From Torpedo marmorata (Eukaryota): DNA of 64,000 bases. The first letter of the stretch is position 1, and each line of letters begins with the position of its first letter. Below are positions 1 to 12,885 of this stretch, piece by piece. A program made the translations under genes and the position numbers. Where the stretch lies: the NCBI GenBank assembly GCA_977017645.1, contig OZ360237.1, positions 10,788,001-10,852,000 on the forward strand, given 5' to 3'. A model generated the notes under the pieces. It worked only from the letters and a program-made list of their open reading frames with translations, had not been told where the DNA came from and made no database searches.

Positions 1-579
1 TATCTCCAGCATTGAACTCCAAATTAAATTTGGTCCAACCTGAAGGAAAGAATGGATCTTTTCCATATGTGACATGAAACTTGATAGAGACAATCCACTT
101 TCAAACTCCATCATAATATGAGATTACCAGATGGATGGGAATGATTCAAGGATGTTTGCAAAGCTTCCCTGGTAAAGCATTACTTTCTTTCCAATCCATG
201 GAAATCCCTTGTAGGCATTAGTTGGGATGCTGTTCTTTCTCAAGGAAGTGGTGTTACAGTGTACCTGAAGCTCGGATCCTTCCCAGAAATAATATCCTAA
301 GTCTGTAAGGTGATGTCAGAGAATTCTGGGCACTAATGAATGCATTTTATTGATGGCACACACTATTACATCAGTAGGAGAGGGATGATGATGTGCTTTT
401 CATCAATCTCTTCCTTCTACATAACCAATGTTTTTGGCTTGAGCCCCTTGATAAGCCCTTGATGGCATGTTCAAGCGGTCTACCTATTCACAAGGCTCCA
501 TTTCATGCTCTCACAGGAAACCAAATCCACTCTCCAGACACACAATAAGAACAGGTCAGCAGGATCTCAACAGCTGGAA

Positions 580-1447
580 AAATGGGGTGCAAAATGGAAG
601 ATGAAATTTAATGTGGACAAGTGTGCGGTGATGCACTTTGGGAGGACAAACCAGGGTAGGACTTGAGTGGTAATAATGGGGCACTGGGAACATAGATACA
701 TAATTCCTTGAGAGTGGCATCACAAGGAGATAGGGTCATAAAAAGAGCTGCTGAGCTCCTCCAGCATTTGTGCTTTTACTTCAACCACGGTGTCTACAGA
801 GTTTCGTGATTTACTTCATAAAAAGAGCTTTTGGCACATTGGCCTTCATAAATCAAATTGAGTAAAGGAATTGGGATGTTATGTTAAAGTTGTATAAGAC
901 ATTGGTGAGGCCAAATTCAAAGTATTGTGTGCAGTTTTGGTCACCTACCCACAGGAAAGATATCAATAAAATTGAAAGAGTGCAGAGAAAATTTACAAGG
1001 ATGTTGCTGGAACTTGAGGAGTTGAGTCAAAGAGAAAAGTTGAATAGGTTGGGACTTTATTCCCTAGAGCATTGGAGAAAGTTGGGAGATTTGATAGAGG
1101 TTTACAAAATTATGAGACATATAAATAAGATAAATGGAAGTAGGCTTTTTCCACTGAGGTTTGGTGGGGCAAGAACTAGAGGACATGGGTTAAGGGTGAA
1201 AAGAGAAATGTTTAAGGGGAACATTAGGGGGAACTTCTTCACTCACTTGAGTGGTGAGCGTGTGGAACGAGCTGCCAGCGGAAGTGATTTGATTTCAACA
1301 TTTAGGAGAAAATAGGATAGGTACATGGATGGGGTATGGAAGGCTATGATCTGGATGCAGGTCGATGGGGCTAGGTGGAAAAATAGTTTGACGTGGACTC
1401 GATGGGCCAAAGGGCCTGTTTCTGTGCTGCAATGTTCTATAGTTCTA
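580..1447 (+). mobile_element. CR1 LINE 3' fragment (ORF2 C-terminus and 3' UTR), degenerate
   Basis: ORF 881-1315 (LYKTLVRP..YCVQFWSP..IERVQRKFTRM..LGLYSLE..GDLIEVYKIM..RTRGH) is the typical CR1 ORF2 C-terminus; it ends in gggcctgtttctgtgctg...ttctatagttctat. Confidence 0.9.
750..815 (+). mobile_element. 66-bp Penelope-like 3' tail inserted into the CR1
   Basis: Matches the Penelope 3' ends at 18323-18353 and 53171-53235; flanked by a perfect 14-bp direct repeat tcataaaaagagct (736-749 and 816-829). Confidence 0.8.
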
Positions 1448-3483
1448 TTTGCACCAAAAAGTAAAAAGATGCACTATTTAAAATGAAAAGGAAGGCGAGA
1501 GGATAATAAAAGGTTTTGGATTTGGATTTCTACTTTTCTATTGTATGCAGTGAAAGGGAACAGGAGTAAAATTAATTTAATTGTTCTGTTAAATATCTAG
1601 CCCTGATGTGCTACTATAATAAAAGTGTTGCTTTCTAGACATGAAATAGAGCTGCCTGGAAAATCATACACCAAAGGAACTAAATGTAAAATACATCCAG
1701 CACCAGGACACCCAGCAATAGGAAGATCCGGCAACGGGACAACTGGATCCAGGAAGATCTGTCACCGGGAAGATCCGGCACATGGACCTTCTGTACTTAT
1801 GCATGTGTTGCTGACACAGTCAAATTTAGAGTTATTACTGTTGGCCTCAGAAACACTTAAAACAGAATGTTATGCACAAGATTGATGCGTTTATTGATAG
1901 AATCTGATTTGAACAAAATCAGTCATATATTGTGATCTTATGAATACTGTCATCAAGTACAACTTAAATTTAACCACAAACTTCATAGAATATGCAAATC
2001 ACATCGAACGAGAATTTTCCACAATAATACAGGACTGAAGGAGTTTCTTCTGGAATCTGCAGCTGAGATTTATCAGCTATGGGGTTAACTATTATTGATG
2101 TCAAAAAAGTCAACCTGATAGTTATATTAAAAAACATGAAAGCCGGACAAAAAAAAAACAAGAACAAGAAGCAGGAGATCAAATAAATAGTTGGGAAGAA
2201 ATATATATATATATATACACCTATTGCCAAAAGATGGACAAAAGCATGCAGATATAAAGCAAAGAGGGGATGGCAAAAGGCAAGAATCCCAGCACATAAC
2301 TGCTCAAAGTGCGCAGATAGGATTTTTCAGTTTGATTTTGTTCTAATCTCACAGTTATCACTTGAATGCAAACTGGCACGGCAGTAACACCTTTGATCTT
2401 GCATTAATATGCAGTATTTTGGCACAGACTTTCAAATTGTCTTCCATACGTTTCTCTTTTTCTACTGAGAATTTAACCTGACAGTGATGTATCCAAGATT
2501 TCAATTTATTAATAACAGATTAGATAGAAAATGTGGATTATTCTTAGATTAGGTATTTGAATTCCATTCTGCATTTCACTAGGTGCGTTAAAAAGTTGTA
2601 AAACACCTTTCCCTCATGTTAAATTCGTCTTAGTTTTCCAAACAATTTATCTCTACAGTGGAAAACCTGGGCTAAGTAACAAAAGTCCCAAGCCAATTAT
2701 TTCTGAAGCTATTAACTTTTTTTTAAATTATGTTCTCAATCTTTTTCTCTTTTTAGAAAAGATCAATGTTCTTTTTGAATCCTTAATCTGCCTCTGCTGT
2801 TCATCATGATCATGTGGTCTGAACCATTTATTGTTTTGATTACTAGCTACGTTACTTCATTATTTATTAATTGCATCAGTCAGCGACTCGGAAGAGTGGA
2901 AGCCATCTGCCTCTACCTTTCCACTGTAAATGTGCTTGTTTGTATTCATTATTTAGTGGATTTTTTACATTTGTTATTTTTCAGTTCTTCTGTGATACTC
3001 TGTTCTATCCAAGATTGCTTGGCAGTAATTTAAATGAAAAACATTTGTTCATCAGCATTGGAATCATGCAAGACCATATTTCTTTTAAATTATGAAACCA
3101 TTGGAAAATAGCAGTGTGTTCTGAGAACATTAACCTAACATGGAACATTTCTTCTTGTTCTCAAACATTTTCAATAGTACTTTTCATTGATAAGTAGTTT
3201 CTACCTGTACATATTCTGTCATTTCTATCTTGACTTCCCTTGAATTTGATGTACAATTTTTTCAAGAATTCCCTCCCATTTCAATAAATCATTCTCTTTT
3301 ATTTTGTTCTTGTCCTATTCAGATAGAACTAAATTACATTGTCATCAGCACAATTAGCTTATTTGCAGTATAAAGATTCAAGGTCCAATTTACAAAGTAG
3401 CATTCATAACAAATCATAAAGTCATATTCTTGCTCATTCCTGAAATCTGAATTCATGACTAAATTTGAGCTGATTGGCATTAC

Positions 3484-3829
3484 CTCTTGTGTCTCTCTTG
3501 AAGCATTTTTGGAATAACCATTGCTTTCATTTATCAGTGATCTAACATGACAGTTCACCCTCACCGCTGTATTGTGGATGCTTTGCCACCTATTTATTTC
3601 CAGATTGCAGAAAATCTTGGACAGTTCTGTTGTGATTGTCCATGCTCGTTTTAGCAGTGTCTGCAAGCTGTCAGGTAAATCTTGCTGAGATGTTATGATC
3701 AGCTCGCTGTGTTCATCACCTTCCACACTGATGGGTTTTGATTGAAGTACGTACATGCATTCACATCCTGCCATCAACCTCAAGTCCTCCATCCAACGCT
3801 GCACAGAATCTATCTCTATCAGATGCATG
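3484..3829 (-). CDS. INSC: Inscuteable spindle-orientation adaptor, internal coding exon (346 nt)
   Basis: Translation MHLIEIDSVQRWMEDLRLMAGCECMYVLQSKPISVE...LLKRAWTITTEL...RWQSIH..VRVNCHVRSL..ETQE closely matches my recollection of vertebrate INSC (LHLMQVDSVQRWMEDLKLMTECECMCVLQAKPISLE...LLKRGWVISTEL). Acceptor ccttcctctag precedes 3829 and donor GAG|gtaatg follows 3484. Confidence 0.93.
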
Positions 3830-4139
3830 CTAGAGGAAGGATACCATAAAATAGAATTAACAGTGTCACTATTGTTATTTCTTGCTCTTCCAACTCTCTA
3901 TCACTGCAATACTTTTCACTAATGACCAGATTGTGTATGGTTAAATGCCTTTAAATGACCCTGCAATGGTGAGTCTTTATTTGTACGATTGTGCAATGGC
4001 CTTGAATTTCTTTGCAAATCTTACCATTGTTCTTCTGTAGCTCTGCTGAACAAACTGGGGAAATGCATTAGTAAATATCCATACATTTAAAACAGAAACC
4101 TAGCAACATACCTTCCATAATGGCATTCAGGCCATGAAG

Positions 4140-4415
4140 TAAGATTAAGTTTAAGCTTATTTATCAAATTATACCTAGTAGAGTGAGTAGGGTTCTTCTG
4201 AAAACCATCTAACATGTTATCTCTGACATTCATACAGACGTGTAAATAGCACAAATATACAGAGCATAGAATTGCAATGAAAAGAAAGATGAATTAGCAC
4301 CAAGCAAAGGAAGACAGCATGGTTGTGGGGTTCATTCAGGAGGTTGATGGCTGCAGGGAAGAAACTGTCTTTAAGCCTGTTGGTGCATACTTTCACACTC
4401 TTAAGCCTTCTCACC
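4140..4415 (-). mobile_element. Rex1/Babar-like LINE 3' remnant
   Basis: ORF 4217-4417 RRLKSVKVCTNRLKDSFFPAAINLLN resembles the Rex1 C-terminus (TxRxxxSFFPxAIRLLN). Confidence 0.65.
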
Positions 4416-6241
4416 AATAACTACAGGCATATTTGAATACTGTGCCACTTCAAATCCTAATATATTTAGGTCATCGCCATCCACTTCAAGAAGAATTGCA
4501 GGAGATGTTATGCAGATCAACTACATCAAGGCCGTTTCAAGCATTCTATTTTTGTAAGCATCCATCCAGGCAGTATTTTTTTTTAAATTTAGACGTACAG
4601 CATGGATCAGGCCCTTCTGGCCCATGAGCCTGTGCTGCCCAAATATGCCAATTAACCTACAAACCCCATACATTTTGATGTCAAAGCAATCTCTTTAACC
4701 CAGCCACACATTCTCAGGATTCATCATCAATTAAAAAAGGTAATTTCTTCTCTGTCAGCGTATAATTGTCACAGGTGACACAACTGATGGTGATGTGTGG
4801 TTTGTTGAATTTCGGTCATATTCCTCCAGGAGGGGGCATGGATACCTTCTTCACAAAGCCAATAGTCTTTTTCAGCCGGTTTTCCAATGACACCGCTGGG
4901 ATCTAACCAGTACCTGTTAAATTTGAAATACACCAATCACGGATGGAAATTGGCCTCAATACCACTTGTTGTTGGATTATACTGTGCTGCTGATCATCTG
5001 TGAATTGCTCAATATTGCACAGAAATGTTCTTGAAAAGTGGAAATTTGGAGACTAACATCAAAATTCACCAAATTCATGTTCATTCAGGATTACAACTAT
5101 GCATCTACAAAGAGGTCCAAGCTAGCACTGGGAGCATGACATTAGCAAGTCCCCTCTCTCTCATGACATTAGTAAGTCCCCTCTTGTTATCTCCTCAGGA
5201 TCACAACTCTCCCTACAAGACCACTCTGTTATATTCTACTCCTATATACCACCTCAGCCAATATTCCCATCAATTGTTCTGTGACCCGAGAACCCCACCT
5301 AAAACCAGTGCCCATTCTTATGGACCTTATCAGACAACTCTTTGCAGTTAAACCTATCTCCCCTCTGGCCCCAACATTTGGCCCCCAAATCAAACACAAA
5401 TGATATCCTGATCCAAGTTTACTCAAACTTCTCTTTGCTGCAAGCAATCTTTCCCATGACTCAATCGGACCAGGCACTTCTGGACCTGTATGCCGTTTTC
5501 TTTTGTGTTCACCTTTGTGCATTGTACTATTGCAAAATATGGAGCGCCCGTCCTTAACAACTGACATCTTGGGCTTCAGGCTCAACTACATTTTGTCACA
5601 GCAGGCCTAGAACCAGCAGGGGCACTGGAGCATTGTCAGTGGATTTCACCCCTCATCATCTTATTCCAACCCCCCATCTTATTCCATCAACCCACCCCCG
5701 ATCATGTACAGCTGCTCTCCCATCATAGCTGAATTACTAGGTTAAATAGCTTCCTCATAGATCAAAGGTGATTAACAATCTCTTCCACCCAACTCCATGC
5801 CCACGATGGCTAGATCATCATGATTAATTAATTCCAAAATCTTCATGATTAATGAACCTCAATGTCTTAATGGTCAATGAATATATCTGATGTCTTTTGC
5901 AAAGGGCTTTCCTGTAGCAATGTGTTATATACAAAATAAAATATTATCTAAAGAAAAATGCATGCAATTATGAGAGGAAAAACAAACAGTCCAAATTAGA
6001 AATTGACTTCATCAATAAATTCAGAATATGTTCTTTTAAAATTAGGTTAAAGATGCATCTGTTGCCTTTTATTTCTTTCATGATTTACCCTAGTTCTAAT
6101 TGTTCCTCCTGGTTTAACAGAATAGTGTGAGGCTAAGTTCAAGTCCTTGAAGGAAATATTTTTCAACGACAATGAAGGTATGTCAAACTCAAAAATATAT
6201 ATGCATGCACTTAATATTGTGATGAACATGACATTCTTATC

Positions 6242-6815
6242 TTTTTTTTCTTTTTACAGAGGTAGTTTATTCAGTGATTACAAGAATCCACATTAATGCA
6301 GTACTTGAGTTAAACAGTATTGACACATTCAAATTATAACACGGTCATCTCCATCCAGAGCACACTCAAGCCCCTGTGACACCCACCAGTCCCGGATATC
6401 CCCCACCATACCTGAGGACACCGCATGCTCCTTCTCCAGGGACACACAGGCACAAACGTAACCCCGGAAGATGGGCAGGTAGTCAGTCTGGGCCGAACCC
6501 TTGACTACCCGCTGCCTGGACCCATGAATGGCCAACTTGTCCAGTCCCAGGAGCAAACCGACCAGGTTATTCCCCAAGTGACCCACCCCCTCCTTACCAG
6601 GTGACCGAAGACCAGGAGCATGGGACTGAAATGTAGCCAAAAATTGAGGAGCATCCCCTTCAGATATTCAAATAGAGGCTGCAACCTCTCACACTCTGTA
6701 TATACATGGTACACCGTCTCCTATCGGTTGCAGAAATGACAGGCGGTCGGGGTGTCAGAAAACCAACTTAAAAATCTGTTACATGGTGCAGCTCGGTGCA
6801 ACACTTTCCACCCCA
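6242..6815 (-). mobile_element. Tx1/L1-clade LINE 3' fragment
   Basis: Minus strand reads CHFCNR*ETVYHVYTECERLQPLFEYLKGMLLNFWLHFSP (zf-RVT-like CCHC region) and then LLLGLDKLAIHGSR; ends with AATAAA and an A-rich tail. Confidence 0.8.
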
Positions 6816-7985
6816 TGACATTCTTATCTGACCCATTAATGTGCTTTAAAAGGCTAGAACTTGCTGGGCAACAGCAATATTTCATGCCAATCTGATGTCA
6901 TTTATAGCTTCTGATTGAAATGCCTTTGCAAATGCCCCAAGCATAGTGGCAGCGCTCCAGCGATTTCCCATTGTGCTCCGACATAATGTGGAGTCTGAAC
7001 TTGTTGAATCCTCCAACATTTACACTGCCTGTCACAGGAACAGAAAACCCTTTCACCTGAATGGAGAGGAATGACCAGAAGTGTGAAGGCAAGTATAAAT
7101 CAATTTACATTAGGTAGTGAACTGAGTTTGCTCTAATGTTTTAAATTGTTTAATTTTTCTCATTTTTAATATTTTAACTTTGACAAAACTATTTGAATAA
7201 TTTTTAATTCTTTTTGAATGCTTCAGGATGTCAAGCACTTAGCCATTTATTAAGCTAAACTTGTTCCTGACACCCTTGTGACAGTATTTAATTTCATTAA
7301 CCATCAAACAAAAACCTGACATTTGTGGTTGGTTTGGCAGTAACCAGGAAATCAACGTCTGGGCATTCAAAATAAAAATCACCATTCCATTTGCCATTGC
7401 TGAGCTGATAACAAATTGTGACCCAATAGTTCAGGTTTTGCTGATGCACATCCCCCATGAGTGTTTACTTATCCATCAGCTCAAAAAGCTTCGGCCTTGA
7501 AAATTGCTCAAAATCAAAGTTGATCCTGGAAGGGCAATCCTTGTGTATCTTGAACCGGCTAGCTGGTAACCTTGTCAAACAATAAGCCTAACAGTGAAGT
7601 TACTTAATAAAAATTAGATTTTACAGTTGAGGAAGTGCAGGTAAACAACAAAGGAGAAATAAATTAGGATCAAAGTAAGTACCAAAAGAGGAAAATTGTA
7701 TTAAACTGAGATAAAAATAAAATGCAAAGATAAATGTTTGAAGGAAGTGTCTATAAATAAGACATTGCCTGCATGAAAAAACCTATACCGTTTAAATTGT
7801 TCCCTTGGAGTTGGTTGTGTGGCATTCAAGGAATATCAATTTCTTCATTAAATATACGTAAATTACAGCCCGAACTTTCTATGATGAACTAAATGTCAAG
7901 ATATGCACAAAAGCAGAAACACAAAGAGGGTTGCAGAAGTTTCTATTTTGCAGCTCACTATAAATGGTGCATCTTTTCTTCAAGT

Positions 7986-8685
7986 TCAGATTTATCAGAT
8001 TTCAGATTTATTGTCAGAGTACATACATGACATCACATACAACCCTGAGATTCTTTTTCCTGCAGGCCAGGCAGAATTACCACTTATTGGCAGAGCCAAA
8101 AAAACTAACTCAACGTACACATGTAAACAAATAAAGAAATGTAAACAAACTGACTGTGCAATACAGAAAGAAAAACAATCAATAAAGTGCAAAAGTAAGA
8201 GTCCTTAAACGTCCCTGATTGAGTTTGTTGTTGAGGAGTCTGATGGTGGAGGGGTAGCAGCTATTCCTGAACCTGGTGGTCAAGTCTTGAGGCACCTATA
8301 CCTCTTTCCTGACGGTAGCAGTGAGAACAGAGCATGTTCTGAGACTTGATGATTGCTGCTGCTCTCCGAATGCAGCGTTCCCTGTAGATGTTCTCAATGG
8401 TGTGGAGGGTTTTGCCTGTGATGTCCTGGGCTGTGTCCATTACCTTTCGCAGGGCTTTACACTCGGAGGTAATGGTGTCCCTATACCAGACCGTGATGCA
8501 GCTAGTCAGCACACTTTCCACCATACATCTGTAGAAATTTGCCAGGGTTTCCAATGTCATACCGAACCTCCACAAACTCCTGAGGAAGTAGAAGCGCTGA
8601 CATGTTTTCTTCACGATGCCATTTGTGTTTTGGGTCCAGGAAAGATCATCCAAGATAGTGACTCTCAAGAAATTAAATTTGCTTG
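7986..8685 (-). mobile_element. Rex1/Babar LINE family B, 5'-truncated, small internal deletion
   Basis: ORF 8261-8668 DLSWTQNTNGIVKK..QRFYFLRSL..FYRCMVESVLTSCITVWY; tail gacaataaatctgaaatctga; near-identical to 59293-60305. Confidence 0.88.
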
Positions 8686-10034
8686 TTGGACAATGTATAC
8701 ATTAACAACAACCAATACCAAAAAATCCAGTGTTATTTTGTTCAAAAAGTTTAAAAGGCAAACTGCATTTATGTGTTTTATTTCTGAGGATGAGGACAAT
8801 GGTAAAATTCTCATTGTTTACTCTGCCTGTAAAGATAATTAACCTTTGTTTTTCTTCTCATGGGAGATTTACAATGCATTTTAAATCAAAATCAACCTTA
8901 CAGTGCATGGTAAATACTTTTCATGCTGTACATCAAAGGATGCTGACATGCCCCTGGAGGAGCAGATCCTTCCAGAACAACCAGTAAAAAGCAAGTACTG
9001 TGGCTAAACATTGATGCTTGTTAGAGAATAAATGCATTTTTAAAAGCCAAGGCAGAGAAGAAGGCCATACATTTAACTTGACTATTTTGTGACCGTGACC
9101 ATGTGATTCAGACAGACAGAATTATCAAAAATTTTAACATTTGAACATTAATTGATGTTGCTGAAGTCCTATTTGAAGAAAGGCAGTGGAGGTCACTGAT
9201 TATAAATGTCGGAGCATTTGGCTTGGCTGCACGTTGTTTAAATGGTTTAAGTGCCTGCCTTATGAAAAAAACATTACATCTAACATAAACCCCAAGCCAA
9301 TTTTGTCCCATATATTGCATTATTATCAGTCTCAGTGAAAATCCTGCCTGCTTTGTCCCATGAGATACAAGCAGCACTTTTAAATGTTCAAGTGTAGATA
9401 AACCCCTTAATTGGTGTGTGTATGATGACAACTCTACCCACTTCTTAGGAAATGGCAACAAGAAAAAAAATCAATATGTCAAATAATGCAACATAACAAA
9501 CAAGGCAAAAATACAGCAATTAGAAACTCTCAGCTCTGTGCTTACCCTCCAAAACCTTTGCAGTTATTCTACTCCATCTGTGGAAATGTTACTACACTTA
9601 CAAGCAATGATCAGCTTTCACTACAGATAGCTCACAAGAGGTTGCATAAAATAAAAATCTGTTTCAGACAAGTGTTATTCTACTTCCAATAGGATTATGT
9701 ATTCCTTACAAAATTTATAATTGCAATGAATACCATCTTTATCCTTCATCTGATTAGAAAAGTGAATTATAACTGTCCACGATTCTGTCCAGCCACCAAA
9801 CTAAAAAGGGTACACAACCTGATACAGTTCTACAATATCTATTATTCTCCTAATTTTGAAGGTTTATTGACATTTCTAGTATTATGGAGCTTGGGATACA
9901 CTTATACTTTAAGAGATTATTGAGATAGAATGGAAACTTTTTCTCCAGTTCAAAAATACGCATTGCAGAACACAAAAAATACCTTCAAATAAACTGTCTG
10001 ACAAGACATCTCTACAATTCATGAGACAATTACT

Positions 10035-10270
10035 TTTTTTTTTAGACATACAGCACAGTAACAGGCCCTTTTCACCCAATTGCATCCAATTGACCTACAA
10101 CCCCCAGTATGTTTTGAAGGGTGGGAGGAAACTGGAGAACCTGGAGGAAACCCACGCAGACATGGGGAGAACATACAAGCTCCTTACAGACAGCATGGGA
10201 TTCGAACCTCGGTCCTGATCACTGGTGCTGTAACAGCTTTGCGCTAACCGCTATGCTAACCGTGCCACCC
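10035..10270 (-). mobile_element. tRNA-derived HE1/V-SINE-like element
   Basis: Minus strand has A box (tagcatagcgg), B box (ggttcgaatcc) and the V-domain core tgtaaggagcttgtatgttctccccatgtctgcgtgggtttcctcc. Confidence 0.88.
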
Positions 10271-11299
10271 ATTAAAAGCATTTTCCTGTGAGCCCAATTT
10301 CCTGGATTATGAATTAGATTAAGTCCTATCCCAGCAGTTTGGAGTTATCCCGATGAAGCAACCCCATGCTCAGTGCTCTAATGCACTAGATGAAAGAAAT
10401 TTAAACTTTCCTTAAACAATCTATTTAAGGAAATCATGCTTTGCTCGGTAAGTGGCTTTTATTGTCTGCAAAAGTTGAAAAGACAAAATTAATGATATAC
10501 TGTAGCTTTCAGACAGTTAAGTCATGTGCTTTCTGCTGCCCTCTCTAATTGCAAATGGGTTCCCAGTCTGGTCCTCTGATAGTCCTCACTTCGGAATATC
10601 ATCAACCTTGATTGATTAGGGCAGTGTTACATTTACGACATCATCGGTCAGTACTCCAGTCAATAAGTTATACTAATTGCCAATGCTCACATTGAGCAAT
10701 TTACACCTCCTCTTGTCATTTTGAAACCTAATCCTTTGAGGTTGTTGATTTGTTAAATGAAGAAAAAAATAACTGCAAATTCCAGGTATTTGAAAAGTAT
10801 TCAAGCTAAAAGTTTGTACTTAGTGTTGACTTATTTTTTATTTTGTCAGGTGCTGCCATTCGAAAGAGAGAAGCACAGAGTATAACTGATATTCCTGGCT
10901 TGGTGGGTGAGAAGAGCTCAAGGTAAGATTGGAGGAGTGCTGTTTAAATGAAGGAGGTGGTAGGAGGAAAGGAAAGGGCAGAGGAATCGAGAGGGCAGGA
11001 AAATGGTGGTTCAGCGAGTGTTCATGGATGGAATACAGAGGATGACAGCTCCGATGATCCTTTATTAGAATTGCAGCATGTCTGTCAAGAAAAAAGAAAA
11101 TCTCTCCCAAAATATTACCTTATTTGTGATCTACAGATGCTAATTTTAGTCTTCAAGCCATTTAGACATACACCAAGCTACCACAACCAACAAGCTGACT
11201 CCAGGCAGACACTCTTTTATATCTTTTAGATTATGATGTTATTTGTTCGGAGAGACACTGGGCGGATGCAAAGAAGTTGATTCTTCTTGTAAATTTAAA

Positions 11300-11540
11300 A
11301 TTTAAAATGTTATTTATAACATGGTAGAAGCCGATTCCGGTCATTGAGATCCATGCTGCCTAATTACACCCAATTAACCTACAACCCTGTACATATGGAG
11401 GGTGGGAGGAAACCAGAGAACCCAGGGAAAACCTACACAGGTCACGGGGAGAACATCCAAACTCCTTACAGTCAGCGCTGGATTCAAACCCCGATCGCTG
11501 GTGCTGTAATAGCGTTGTGCTAACCGCTATGCTAACCATA
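11300..11540 (-). mobile_element. tRNA-derived HE1/V-SINE-like element
   Basis: Same A/B boxes and V-domain as 10035-10270, read on the minus strand. Confidence 0.88.
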
Positions 11541-11889
11541 TGGCCCAAACCCAACTGTGGAGACCAGAACAAAGTTCCATGCACATAGGCACCTGGACAT
11601 GAAAGTGCACTTAAATGCAATTGCATGTATCCTCAACACTAAATTTGATCCACATCTCCCCACCTCCCCCCCCACCCCGAAATTGCATTTTTCCTCTTTC
11701 TCCAAAGATGTGGAGTGAATCCAGTTTTTTCACTATCTGTTAATGCAATTTGTTGAGGGGTGTGTGGAGCCTCAGGTAAAGCAGCAAAACCCACAAGCTC
11801 ATTATTATCATCTGTAAATCATTTTCAACTGTAAAATAATTACCATTTGATGAATAAATGTTAGCCAGGGCATGAGGAAGACATGGTTA

Positions 11890-12120
11890 GGACGGCACAG
11901 TTAGCGTAGTGGTTAGCGCAACGCTGTTACAGCGTCAGCGATCAGGACAGGGGTTCAAATCCCGCGCTGTCTGTAAGGAGTTTGTACGTTCTCCCCGTGT
12001 CTGTGTGGGTTTTCCTCCGGGTGTTCTGGTTTCCTCCCACCGTTCAAAAACGTGCCGGGGGTTGTAGATCAATTGGGTGTAATTGGGCGGCTCAGGCTCC
12101 TGGGCCGAAATGGCCTGTTT
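11890..12120 (+). mobile_element. tRNA-derived HE1/V-SINE-like element
   Basis: ggacggcacagttagcgtagtggttagc...ggttcaaatcccgcgctgtctgtaaggagtttgtacgttctccccgtg...gggccgaaatggcctgttt (CR1-like 3' end). Confidence 0.9.
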
Positions 12121-12764
12121 TTACTCTTTTGCTATTCTGACAAAGACTCTTTGACCTGAAATTTTACATCTTCTTCTCTTTCCACAGTGCTTTCAGATTT
12201 GTGAGTGTTTCTCACAATTAAATGTTTTTATTTTGTAAGGAAATCTCCTGTTTTCATTGAACAGCATCACAGATCTTTTAACTTCACTGAAGCAGGCAGA
12301 TCTGACTGGACACCACTCCTTTCCCTCCGTTCCCGTTTAGAACTCAGAATTGACTTGAAGAACAATTGTCACTTCATGAGGTTTTAAGTTGGACATCTCT
12401 TGATAAACCATTATCTTTGAGAGGTGTTCTTTCTTTTAAGAATTGAAGCAGTGATAACTCTGAAAACATCAAATGGACAATGCCACTTCAAATATCCTGA
12501 TGGTCCTGAGGTGCTCAATGTTAATGCATTTTATTTCTGAAAAAATTCTTATTCATTATTGATCGCATTGAATAGCACAGGAATATCTAAAGACAATAGA
12601 ACATGTCCTGCTTAGTATAAACTTTGTTTCCTGGTTTGTACATCTCTTATGTAAGACAGTGATGAAGAAAAGCAAGTCATCCCAATGTGTTGAATTTGTA
12701 TTAGACATTTTAACCCTTTACTCTCTTTTAAAATATCTAGAATCTTTAAAAGGCTCTGGTGAGC

Positions 12765-12885
12765 ATCTGTCTTGAGTATAGTTTTTTGAACTACCAATAA
12801 GTAGAAATTCTGCCTGATCCGCAGGAAAAAGAATCTCAGGGTTGTACGTGATGTCAGTATGTACTCAGACAATAAATCTGAACTT
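12765..12885 (+). mobile_element. Rex1 family B 3' tail only
   Basis: aatctcagggttgtacgtgatgtcagtatgtactcagacaataaatctgaa matches the 3' UTR at 60240-60300. Confidence 0.75.

Noticed and set aside
1716-1797. Three short ggaagatc(c/t)g repeats
   Set aside because: Probably the subterminal repeats of a decayed DNA transposon, but I could not establish a matching TIR or TSD pair.
3334-3483. C-terminal part of the 164-aa ORF 3334-3828
   Set aside because: INSC similarity ends at the GAG|gtaatg donor (3484); the remainder is intron read-through.
1-3483. Next INSC exon (IEKLLMEKCSEL-like)
   Set aside because: The minus-strand acceptor candidates I checked (~2056, ~2477, ~3204) give no INSC-like peptide; the exon probably lies outside the window.
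11890-11965. tRNA genes at SINE heads
   Set aside because: The A/B boxes run straight into the V-domain SINE body in every copy; there is no complete cloverleaf or terminator.
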